Source: a virus. Taken from it: DNA of 51,314 nucleotides. The stretch lies in the IMG/VR virus record IMGVR_UViG_3300035490_000495; one strand, given 5' to 3'. Shown piece after piece: positions 25,864 through 31,462 of this stretch. Under the pieces are notes generated by a model, which saw only the letters and a program-made list of their open reading frames with translations, ran no database searches and was not told the origin of the DNA. The position numbers and the translations under genes are program-made. How positions within the stretch are numbered: position 1 is the first letter of the stretch; each line of letters begins with the position of its first letter.

Positions 25864-25939
25864 TGGTAGCGGCGGCAGGATTTGAACCTGCGACCTTCGG
25901 CTTATGAGACCGCTGCGCTCCCGACTGCGCCACGCCGCC
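25864..25939 (-). tRNA. tRNA-Met(CAT) (elongator-type or Ile2-type; not resolved)
   Basis: Acceptor GGCGGCG/CGCCGCT, D GCGC..GCGC, anticodon loop CTCATAA, T arm GCAGG-TTCAAAT-CCTGC, A73, CCA encoded. Confidence 0.7.
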
Positions 25940-26053
25940 ACGAAACCTTGGCACGCCTTGTCCAGCGACTTGCCTGCGGGGTCCTAGAGGGTGCGTACGC
26001 TGCTCTAAGGTTAGCCGCCTGCGGTCATCTCCGAATCGGCGTGCCTGCTAGGG

Positions 26054-26123
26054 ACATCGGGATGGGATTTGAACCCATGACCTTCCGGCATACCGGACGC
26101 TCTACCGACTGAGCTACCCCACG
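26054..26123 (-). tRNA. aberrant tRNA-like gene / probable pseudogene: canonical D and T arms but anticodon arm 3 nt short (TCCGG-TATG-CCGGA)
   Basis: TAGCTCAGTCGGTAGAGC D arm and ATGGG-TTCAAAT-CCCAT T arm are canonical; acceptor CGTGGGG/CCCGATG has one G-G mismatch; only 15 nt lie between the D stem and the variable region. Confidence 0.4.
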
Positions 26124-26133
26124 TTCCCCGAGA

Positions 26134-26210
26134 TGGTAGCGGGAATGGGAATCGAACCCACCTGTAAGAGGCTTATGAGACCCCTAAACTCACCAGAGTT
26201 CTATCCCGCA
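26134..26210 (-). tRNA. tRNA with CAT anticodon, possibly initiator-like (unpaired 1:72)
   Basis: 3' TCCCGCT-A-CCA pairs with 5' (T)GCGGGA leaving position 1 unpaired; anticodon arm GGGGT-CTCATAA-GCCTC; T arm GTGGG-TTCGATT-CCCAT. Confidence 0.6.
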
Positions 26211-26215
26211 GCAAA

Positions 26216-26291
26216 TGGTTGCGGGGGCCGGATTTGAACCGGCGACCTTGAGGTTATGAGCCTCACGAGCTACCAGGCTGCTCCACCCCGC
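26216..26291 (-). tRNA. tRNA with CAT anticodon (third CAT tRNA)
   Basis: D GAGC..GCTC, anticodon arm TGAGG-CTCATAA-CCTCA, T arm GCCGG-TTCAAAT-CCGGC, acceptor (A)GCGGGG/CCCCGCA with 1:72 A/A, A73, CCA. Confidence 0.65.
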
Positions 26292-26379
26292 TGTAAGCCC
26301 GGCGGTGCCTTGTCCAGATTAGACGACCGGGGGGCTAGGCCCCTCAGGTGGGGTTCGGACCCACATCCCGCCTTGAACT

Positions 26380-26455
26380 TGGCTGGGAGGGGAGGAGTCG
26401 AACCTCTCATTCCGGGGTTCAGAGCCCCGTGGCCTACCGATTAGCCGACCTCCCA
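26380..26455 (-). tRNA. tRNA-Gln(CTG)
   Basis: U1-A72, G73 (Gln-like), acceptor TGGGAGG/CCTCCCA, anticodon arm CGGGG-CTCTGAA-CCCCG, T loop TTCGACT, CCA encoded. Confidence 0.7.
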
Positions 26456-26463
26456 GCAAAACT

Positions 26464-26537
26464 TGGCTCCGAGGCAGGGATTCGGACCCCGATAGCTGCG
26501 TCCAGAGCGCAGCGGCCTACCGTTAGCCGACCTCGGA
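26464..26537 (-). tRNA. tRNA-Gln(CTG), second copy; T loop TCCGAAT (C55)
   Basis: Acceptor TCCGAGG/CCTCGGA, G73, anticodon arm CTGCG-CTCTGGA-CGCAG, T arm CGGGG-TCCGAAT-CCCTG. Confidence 0.65.
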
Positions 26538-26547
26538 ACAACAAACC

Positions 26548-26622
26548 TGGTGCCAACGTCCGGAATCGAACCGGCCACTCCTGCTCTTCAGGCAGGCGCT
26601 ATACCATCCTAGCTCCGTCGGC
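26548..26622 (-). tRNA. tRNA-Phe(GAA)
   Basis: Acceptor GCCGACG/CGTTGGC, D GCTA..TAGC, anticodon arm CCTGC-CTGAAGA-GCAGG, T loop TTCGATT, A73, CCA. Confidence 0.75.
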
Positions 26623-26631
26623 GAAAAAACT

Positions 26632-26708
26632 TGGTGGGTCGGGAGGGAATCGAACCCTCAACCTTGGGCTTAAGAGGCCCCTGCTCTGCCTAGTTAAGCT
26701 ACCGACCC
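26632..26708 (-). tRNA. tRNA-Lys(CTT)
   Basis: Acceptor GGGTCGG/CCGACCC (perfect), anticodon arm GGGGC-CTCTTAA-GCCCA, T arm GAGGG-TTCGATT-CCCTC, A73, CCA. Confidence 0.7.
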
Positions 26709-26802
26709 GAATCGGTGACGGACATAGGGTCTTTATGCCCCTGGCCGCAGCCGCCACCCGCCCTGGTTAGCCTCGCCATGGCAGCAGGCTTCCGTCATAA
26801 TC

Positions 26803-26880
26803 TGGTACCGCCGAGAGGACTCGAACCTCCAACCCTCCGGGTAAGAGCCGGGTGCGCTTGTCCGGTTGCGCCACGGCGGC
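26803..26880 (-). tRNA. tRNA-Lys(CTT), second copy
   Basis: Acceptor GCCGCCG/CGGCGGT, anticodon arm CCCGG-CTCTTAC-CCGGA, T arm GGAGG-TTCGAGT-CCTCT, A73, CCA. Confidence 0.65.
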
Positions 26881-26886
26881 ATATCC

Positions 26887-26965
26887 TGGTCGGAGCGGCG
26901 GATTGGGTGCCCGCAGCCTTCCGCTTAAAAGGCGGCTACTCTTGACCCGTTTGAGTTACGCTCCG
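26887..26965 (-). tRNA. tRNA-Lys(TTT) with non-canonical T-loop (CACCCAA instead of TTCRANN)
   Basis: Acceptor CGGAGCG/CGCTCCG (perfect), D ACTC..GAGT, anticodon arm GCCGC-CTTTTAA-GCGGA; T stem GCGGG/TCCGC encloses loop CACCCAA; A73, CCA. Confidence 0.5.
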
Positions 26966-26972
26966 CTAAACT

Positions 26973-27054
26973 TGGCCATCGTATCCCGACTCGAACGGGC
27001 ATCTCCAGGAAAAGGCCCCCGGCAAGGCGACCATCCGCCTCCCTTTTCACGATG
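26973..27054 (-). tRNA. non-canonical tRNA-like gene (82 nt): clean acceptor and T arm plus CCA, but the body folds only with an expanded D-loop and an 8-nt anticodon loop
   Basis: Acceptor CATCGTG/TACGATG, G73, CCA; T arm GCCCG-TTCGAGT-CGGGA; the best body fold is D stem AAGG/CCTT with a 14-nt loop and anticodon stem CCGGG/CCTGG enclosing GGCCTTTT. Confidence 0.35.
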
Positions 27055-27055
27055 G

Positions 27056-27130
27056 TGGCTCAGGAGGAGGGAATCGAACCCCCAACCACTCGGTTAACAG
27101 CCGAGCGCTCTACCGTTGAGCTACCCCTGA
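27056..27130 (-). tRNA. tRNA-Asn(GTT), canonical
   Basis: U1-A72, G73, anticodon arm CTCGG-CTGTTAA-CCGAG (identical loop to E. coli tRNA-Asn), T arm GGGGG-TTCGATT-CCCTC, CCA encoded. Confidence 0.8.
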
Positions 27131-27218
27131 ATACTCTGAAGCAGCCCTCTTCTGAGCCGCTTCCTAGCTAATAGGGGGGCAATCTATTGATGGCCCGTAG
27201 GCCGCCCCCCTCTAAACT

Positions 27219-27297
27219 TGGTCGGCGTGGTGAGATTCGGACTCACGGCCTCTCGCTCCCGAAGCGAGCGCTCTGAACCAGGCTGAGCTACACACCG
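27219..27297 (-). tRNA. tRNA-Pro(CGG); T loop TCCGAAT (C55)
   Basis: C1-G72, A73 (Pro-like), acceptor CGGTGTG/CACGCCG, anticodon arm CTCGC-TTCGGGA-GCGAG, T arm GTGAG-TCCGAAT-CTCAC. Confidence 0.75.
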
Positions 27298-27304
27298 AGC
27301 TACT

Positions 27305-27381
27305 TGGTCAGGGCGGCAGGATTTGAACCTGCGACAACCGGTATCCGAAACCGGGACTCTTCCAGGCTGAGCTACGCCCTG
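27305..27381 (-). tRNA. tRNA-Pro(CGG), second copy
   Basis: Acceptor CAGGGCG/CGCCCTG, anticodon arm CCGGT-TTCGGAT-ACCGG, T arm GCAGG-TTCAAAT-CCTGC, A73, CCA. Confidence 0.7.
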
Positions 27382-27390
27382 CTAAGAACC

Positions 27391-27409
27391 AGCGTGCCAA
27401 CGGCACGCT
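27391..27409. other. perfect 8-bp hairpin agcgtgcc-aac-ggcacgct between two tRNA-Pro genes
   Basis: Seen directly; possible processing or attenuation element within the tRNA operon. Confidence 0.35.
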
Positions 27410-27413
27410 AAAC

Positions 27414-27490
27414 TGGTCAGGGCGGTGGGATTTGAACCCACGGCAACTCGCCTCCAAAGCGAGGACTCTTCCAGGCTGAGCTACGCCCTG
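27414..27490 (-). tRNA. tRNA-Pro(TGG)
   Basis: Same acceptor as the previous gene (CAGGGCG); anticodon arm CTCGC-TTTGGAG-GCGAG; T arm GTGGG-TTCAAAT-CCCAC. Confidence 0.75.
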
Positions 27491-27497
27491 CTAAACT

Positions 27498-27574
27498 TGG
27501 TCAGGGTGGAGGGATTTGAACCCACGGCCTCATGCACCCCAAGCATGCGCTCCACCAGGCTGAGCTACACCCTG
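27498..27574 (-). tRNA. tRNA-Pro(GGG)
   Basis: Acceptor CAGGGTG/CACCCTG, anticodon arm CATGC-TTGGGGT-GCATG, T loop TTCAAAT, A73, CCA. Confidence 0.7.
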
Positions 27575-27586
27575 ACATCTATAACT

Positions 27587-27663
27587 TGGTCCCGCCTTCC
27601 CGAGTCGAACGGGATTCTCTCCCTCTTCAGGGGAGCGCCATGCACCGCATCGGCCTAAGCGGG
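27587..27663 (-). tRNA. tRNA-Phe(GAA), second copy with a different body
   Basis: Acceptor CCCGCTT/AGGCGGG, D GCCG..TGGC, anticodon arm CTCCC-CTGAAGA-GGGAG, T arm TCCCG-TTCGACT-CGGGA, A73, CCA. Confidence 0.65.
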
Positions 27664-27671
27664 CCTAAACT

Positions 27672-27760
27672 TGGCTGGGGCAGGAGGAATCGAACCCCCG
27701 GTGCCCGTGAGGGCGCTTGATTAACAGTCAAGTGGCTTTACCAGCGTCGCCTACACCCCA
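27672..27760 (-). tRNA. class-II (long variable arm) tRNA with Ser-like body and anticodon GTT; isotype ambiguous
   Basis: 89 nt. Acceptor TGGGGTG/TGCCCCA, G73, CCA encoded; 3-bp D stem GGC/GCC with 12-nt loop; anticodon arm CTTGA-CTGTTAA-TCAAG (perfect); 16-nt variable arm C-GCCC-TCAC-GGGC-ACC; T arm GGGGG-TTCGATT-CCTCC. Confidence 0.6.
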
Positions 27761-27847
27761 GCAATCAATCTGTTCGGGCGGGACATCCCGGCCAGTCGCC
27801 TCGTACGCCCATCAGCGTTGTCAACAGCGTGGCCACCCACCGCAAAC

Positions 27848-27924
27848 TGGAACCCCCGGAGGGAGTCGAACCCTCGGCATCCGGTTTCGAGGACCGGCAC
27901 CCTATCCGTCTGGGCCACGGGGGC
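27848..27924 (-). tRNA. tRNA-Arg(TCG)? with C at position 33
   Basis: Acceptor GCCCCCG/CGGGGGT, anticodon arm CCGGT-CCTCGAA-ACCGG (perfect stem forces loop CCTCGAA), T arm GAGGG-TTCGACT-CCCTC, U73, CCA. Confidence 0.55.
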
Positions 27925-28020
27925 CTGAACTGGTGCCGGTGTGATGCAAAGGGTGTTGCAGGTGTCCTTGGGATGCCTCCCACTGCTCACCTTGCGGCCG
28001 GCCGCTCTACCGGCACAGAA

Positions 28021-28099
28021 TGGAAGCCCCGGAGGGATTTGAACCCTCGACCTTCGGTTTCGTAGACCGCTGCTCTGGTCCAGGCTGAGCTACGGGGCC
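28021..28099 (-). tRNA. tRNA-Arg(ACG)
   Basis: Acceptor GGCCCCG/CGGGGCT, anticodon arm GCGGT-CTACGAA-ACCGA, T arm GAGGG-TTCAAAT-CCCTC, CCA encoded. Confidence 0.75.
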
Positions 28100-28104
28100 A
28101 AAAC

Positions 28105-28181
28105 TGGAAGTCCCGGTGGGATTCGGACCCACGACCTCTTCGTTCGGAGCGAAGCGCCCTAGTCCGCTGGGCGACGGGACC
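28105..28181 (-). tRNA. tRNA-Arg(CCG); T loop TCCGAAT (C55)
   Basis: Acceptor GGTCCCG/CGGGACT, D GCCC..GGGC, anticodon arm CTTCG-CTCCGAA-CGAAG, T arm GTGGG-TCCGAAT-CCCAC, CCA. Confidence 0.7.
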
Positions 28182-28340
28182 TCAAAGAGACAGGGCTGCT
28201 CTGCTTGTTTGAGCTATAGGATGCTGGCCATCCCAGAGGGATTCTCACCCTCATCTCGCCCCCTGACTCGCTGGCGGCCATGATTAACGACCTTTGGCTC
28301 TTAGTACCCGGAACGGTCATGCGGGTCTGCCAGCTTGATT

Positions 28341-28417
28341 TGGGGTGACCGGTGGGACTCTAACCCACTTGGACTGCGTTCACAGCGCAGCGCCTCGTTC
28401 GCTTCGGCATCGGCCAC
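28341..28417 (-). tRNA. tRNA-His(GTG)
   Basis: C73 discriminator (His identity), acceptor GTGGCCG/CGGTCAC, anticodon arm CTGCG-CTGTGAA-CGCAG, T arm GTGGG-TTAGAGT-CCCAC, CCA encoded; no encoded G-1. Confidence 0.75.
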
Positions 28418-28454
28418 AGTCTGCGTACCGGTTGACCCACGGCACGACTTAATC

Positions 28455-28496
28455 CCATAAAACCAAAAAGCCCACCAGGTTCCTCACCCGATGGGC
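28455..28496 (-). terminator. intrinsic (rho-independent) terminator on the minus strand, immediately upstream of the tRNA array
   Basis: Minus-strand GCCCATCGGG-TGAGGAA-CCTGGTGGGC (10-bp stem with two G-U pairs) followed by TTTTTGGTTTT. Confidence 0.55.
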
Positions 28497-28753
28497 CTCA
28501 TTGCTTCAGTCGCCTTAAATCTCTCTAGCCTGCGACAGGAGGCCCAACGGTCGCCGAGCGGGTATTCCGCTTAGGCTGCCAATGCATCTGCGGGTTGGGG
28601 TTCCTAAATCGCATCATCCACCAATCGTTGGACGGCAGGCCCGGGTAACACTTTCTGTCCGGCAGCTCCAGCCATCCTGCTGGCCTCAGGCCAGCCCTTT
28701 CATCTATATAATACCTCCGGTAGTCGTAAAACCTGGAAGAATTCTGCAATGCC

Positions 28754-29041
28754 CTACCAGGTGTCGTCCAGGTGCGGCTTCCTGGGCGTCCCCAGCCCCG
28801 AGGCCAGGGGGCCTGTATAGCCGGTCGCCCCCCTGCCTGCCTCGAACTGCGCTGCCGAGGCAAAGCCCTCCTCGGTGGGCACGTACACCATCCCGCCCGA
28901 CACAAGGAGCATCCCCGTGGTGTCCAGGCGGTACTCCCTTACCCATGCCTGGGCCTCCGCCACCGTGCCGAACTCCTTGGCTATCCCCCATATCCCCATG
29001 GGGTTCCCGGTCACGGGCATCGGCCATATCATCTTCGGCAT
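28754..29041 (-). CDS. hypothetical protein (95 aa)
   Basis: ATG ORF (MPKMIWPMPVTGNPMGIWGIAKEF...). The overlapping 126-aa track ORF 28525..28905 is Arg-rich and is judged a shadow, though coding in 28525..28753 cannot be excluded. Confidence 0.4.
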   Translation of the reverse strand: MPKMIWPMPVTGNPMGIWGIAKEFGTVAEAQAWVREYRLDTTGMLLVSGGMVYVPTEEGFASAAQFEAGRGATGYTGPLASGLGTPRKPHLDDTW

Positions 29042-29066
29042 CGCTTTTTCTCCTGGGGGGCCTGGG

Positions 29067-29639
29067 TTAATCCCTGAGGCCGATAAACAGCAGGTCCGGC
29101 CCCTCTATCTCCTCCATTGCCCGGACACATATGGCAGCGACCTCCACGAGGCCGTCGAACACGCCCTGCCGGTTGCCCGTATACCACCTGCCGTCCCCTA
29201 TCCTGCCCAGGTACCTCCCGAGCAGGTAGACGTGCGGGGCGGTAAACCTGTACTGGCCGGCGTTGTCCTTGGTCCTGGGGTGCTCCCTGTCCTGGCGGTC
29301 ACGGGCCTCGCTTATCAGCCTCCTGGCCTCCTCCTCGCTGAGCCTCTCCTCGGCATTCGGGCGGTTATATGTGACAGGGCCCCTGCTTAGGACCACCTCC
29401 GTGAGCGCCCGGAAGGCGATAGTCGCCATCTTGGCGATGGCCCTGAGGACCTCTGTCTCGTCTATGGACTTCCGCCACTTCCCCCTGGCCTCGCTGTAGT
29501 AGTCCTCCAGCATGAGGAGGTGCGGGGCAGTATACCTGTACTGCTCCACTAGCGGGTGGTTGTCCCTCGGCCACACCCTGTCCTGGTACTCCCTCTCCTT
29601 CCTGATGACCTCGAACGCCTGCTCCCTGCTAAGACCCAT
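29067..29639 (-). CDS. hypothetical protein with internal tandem duplication (190 aa)
   Basis: Two ~75-aa halves share REYQDR..P..N.....QYR(Y/F)TAPH..(L/Y)L; possibly a small NTP-pyrophosphohydrolase-like helical repeat, but not assignable. Confidence 0.5.
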   Translation of the reverse strand: MGLSREQAFEVIRKEREYQDRVWPRDNHPLVEQYRYTAPHLLMLEDYYSEARGKWRKSIDETEVLRAIAKMATIAFRALTEVVLSRGPVTYNRPNAEERLSEEEARRLISEARDRQDREHPRTKDNAGQYRFTAPHVYLLGRYLGRIGDGRWYTGNRQGVFDGLVEVAAICVRAMEEIEGPDLLFIGLRD

Positions 29640-29889
29640 GGGTTCTCTCCTTCCTTACCCTCTCCCGGCCCGGCGTCTCGTAGGACGCTGCGTGCCAGTA
29701 CTCCTCCAGGAAGTCCCCTGTCTGCCAGGGGGGCATCACCTGGAGGTAGTTTACCCTTTTCCCCCCCGTGACAAGGCGGGCGAACCTGACCTTCTCCTCG
29801 TCGGCCTCCAGGACTATGGCCACCTCGGCCAGGATATCCCCCAGCACGGGGCTGCGCCCGTAGTAGACGTCCCCGGTCCCTGGTATCAT
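29629..29889 (-). CDS. hypothetical protein (86 aa)
   Basis: ATG ORF. Confidence 0.4.
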   Translation of the reverse strand: MIPGTGDVYYGRSPVLGDILAEVAIVLEADEEKVRFARLVTGGKRVNYLQVMPPWQTGDFLEEYWHAASYETPGRERVRKERTHGS

Positions 29890-30554
29890 GCTGCCCCGTA
29901 GTAGAGGTCGTCGAAGTGGCAGAAGCGGAACGCCCTTGCGGGGCCCAGGTACCCGTTCAGGTACTCGTCCCTCGCCGTGGTCATCACGCCGAACCCTATG
30001 ACCCGTAGGTCGGGGCGGTCCTCCGAGAACACGGAGGTCCGCAGGGGCACCGGCTCGTGCCTCCTTTGCAGCACCACGTCCGGCCGGCAGACGTAGTGCC
30101 TGCTGGCCTCTGTGACCATGTGCATTACCGCTTCCCTGGCCTGGATGACCTTGGCCTTACCCCATACCTTCCTGGCCGTCATCAGCAGGGGGGCATCGCT
30201 CTTGGAGGGGTCCAGGCCGTATACCTCCTCCATGGCTATGCATGTCCGCTCGTGGACCTCCTGGTAGGGGCCTAGGTACAGCTCTATCCCCTTCTCCTTC
30301 CTCCACTCCTGCATGTGGAGGTCTATCACCGGCGACAGCGCCCTGGCCATGGCCTCCCTGCCCCTGTAGCTCCTCAGCAGCTTCCAGGGGGGGTACCCCT
30401 TGAAGTCCACGCCCTTCAGGGCCTCGAAGAGCCCCTCCTCCAGGCTGTCCTGGAAGCGGCAGGAACGGGAGGGTACCCTTGCCGTCCCCCTGGCTGTCGC
30501 CAGCCCTAGCATGGGAAAAGCCAGCATCCCCGACAGAATCTCGCGCCTGTTCAT
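29886..30554 (-). CDS. Tat-signal (twin-arginine) secreted protein (222 aa)
   Basis: N-terminus MNRREILSGMLAFPMLGLATARG with RRxIL followed by a hydrophobic stretch. Confidence 0.55.
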   Translation of the reverse strand: MNRREILSGMLAFPMLGLATARGTARVPSRSCRFQDSLEEGLFEALKGVDFKGYPPWKLLRSYRGREAMARALSPVIDLHMQEWRKEKGIELYLGPYQEVHERTCIAMEEVYGLDPSKSDAPLLMTARKVWGKAKVIQAREAVMHMVTEASRHYVCRPDVVLQRRHEPVPLRTSVFSEDRPDLRVIGFGVMTTARDEYLNGYLGPARAFRFCHFDDLYYGAA

Positions 30555-31054
30555 AGCGGCTCCACCTTTACAATCTTGCTCAGGATGTCCCCTGGGTACC
30601 TCTGCCTGGCAATGGGGCGTCCGAAGTCACGTGCCATCTGGGCTATCATGTCGGTCTTGTACGGCCTGTAGCCCCCGGCCAGGTCCTCGCCGAGCGTCCC
30701 AGGGGGTATGCCCAGCCCGCTTCCTACCTGAAGGACGGTCTGCTGCCACTCCTTGTCCAGCCCTATCAGGCGGTCGTCGTCGCCGATATCATACCACTTT
30801 CCCGCCAGGTCCTTCGCCCAGGACTCCTTCATCCCGTCCAGGCGTATGACGGGGCAGGAGTAGAGGGGCATCGTCGGCACGCGGACATACTTCCCTATCT
30901 CCTCCTCCGTGGGGAAGTAGTCCACGTGGTGGTCGTCTATTAGCCCGGCCCAGGCTGGGTTCGTTTTCGGCCCCGCCTTCAGCAGCCTGGATGCGGCGGC
31001 GGCCAGCGGGGCCGCCAGCAGCGCCCCCAGGAACCCCCGCCTTGTCGTCCTCAT
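30551..31054 (-). CDS. Tat-signal secreted protein (167 aa)
   Basis: N-terminus MRTTRRGFLGALLAAPLAAAAS. Confidence 0.55.
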   Translation of the reverse strand: MRTTRRGFLGALLAAPLAAAASRLLKAGPKTNPAWAGLIDDHHVDYFPTEEEIGKYVRVPTMPLYSCPVIRLDGMKESWAKDLAGKWYDIGDDDRLIGLDKEWQQTVLQVGSGLGIPPGTLGEDLAGGYRPYKTDMIAQMARDFGRPIARQRYPGDILSKIVKVEPL

Positions 31055-31446
31055 GGTATCACCCTCCCGTAATGCCTCTCTATTACTACCTCCATGCGCT
31101 TCCTGCCTACAGGGTTCTGGGAATGGACCCTGACGCCGTCAGGGGGCCAGGCATCGTGCTCCTCCATCCAGCATATTACCTTGTAGCCCGTATCCTTTTC
31201 CCCCAGGTCATGGTCAAGGGATGCAAGCCTCACCTCTCCTGTCTTCAGGATGGCTATGGCCTGCTTCGATGTCCTGGCCCATGTGAATCCCTTGAGGGGG
31301 GGCCTCCTGTCATCGACCCACAGGTCCATCCTTACCCCTTTCTTTTCGGGGCATCCTCGGGCTGGAACCTGTGGATTCCCCGCCACCAGGGGTGGCAGTG
31401 CCAGCACTTGCTGCATATCTTGCAGACTACCCTCTCCTGGCGGCAC
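31051..31446 (-). CDS. hypothetical protein (131 aa)
   Basis: ATG ORF. Confidence 0.45.
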   Translation of the reverse strand: MPPGEGSLQDMQQVLALPPLVAGNPQVPARGCPEKKGVRMDLWVDDRRPPLKGFTWARTSKQAIAILKTGEVRLASLDHDLGEKDTGYKVICWMEEHDAWPPDGVRVHSQNPVGRKRMEVVIERHYGRVIP

Positions 31447-31462
31447 TGGCCGCAGCAGTACA

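Noticed and set aside
26292-26379. 88-nt spacer with a plus-strand-oriented T-arm-like hairpin (GTGGG-GTTCGGA-CCCAC) between tRNA (CAT) and tRNA-Gln
   Set aside because: Could not assemble an acceptor or anticodon arm on either strand; probably a degenerate tRNA remnant.
27925-28020. Perfect 7-bp complementarity GTGCCGG...CCGGCAC spaced 70 nt apart with a GAGC D-stem-like start, suggesting another tRNA
   Set aside because: No T-loop; the internal hairpins (GGGA-GGCA-TCCC; TGCAA-CACCCT-TTGCA) do not give a cloverleaf. Left as an unexplained structured spacer.
28525-28905. 126-aa Arg-rich minus-strand ORF
   Set aside because: Overlaps the better-looking 95-aa gene 28754..29041 in another frame and is dominated by Arg/Pro/Gly/Trp; some coding capacity in 28525..28753 cannot be excluded.
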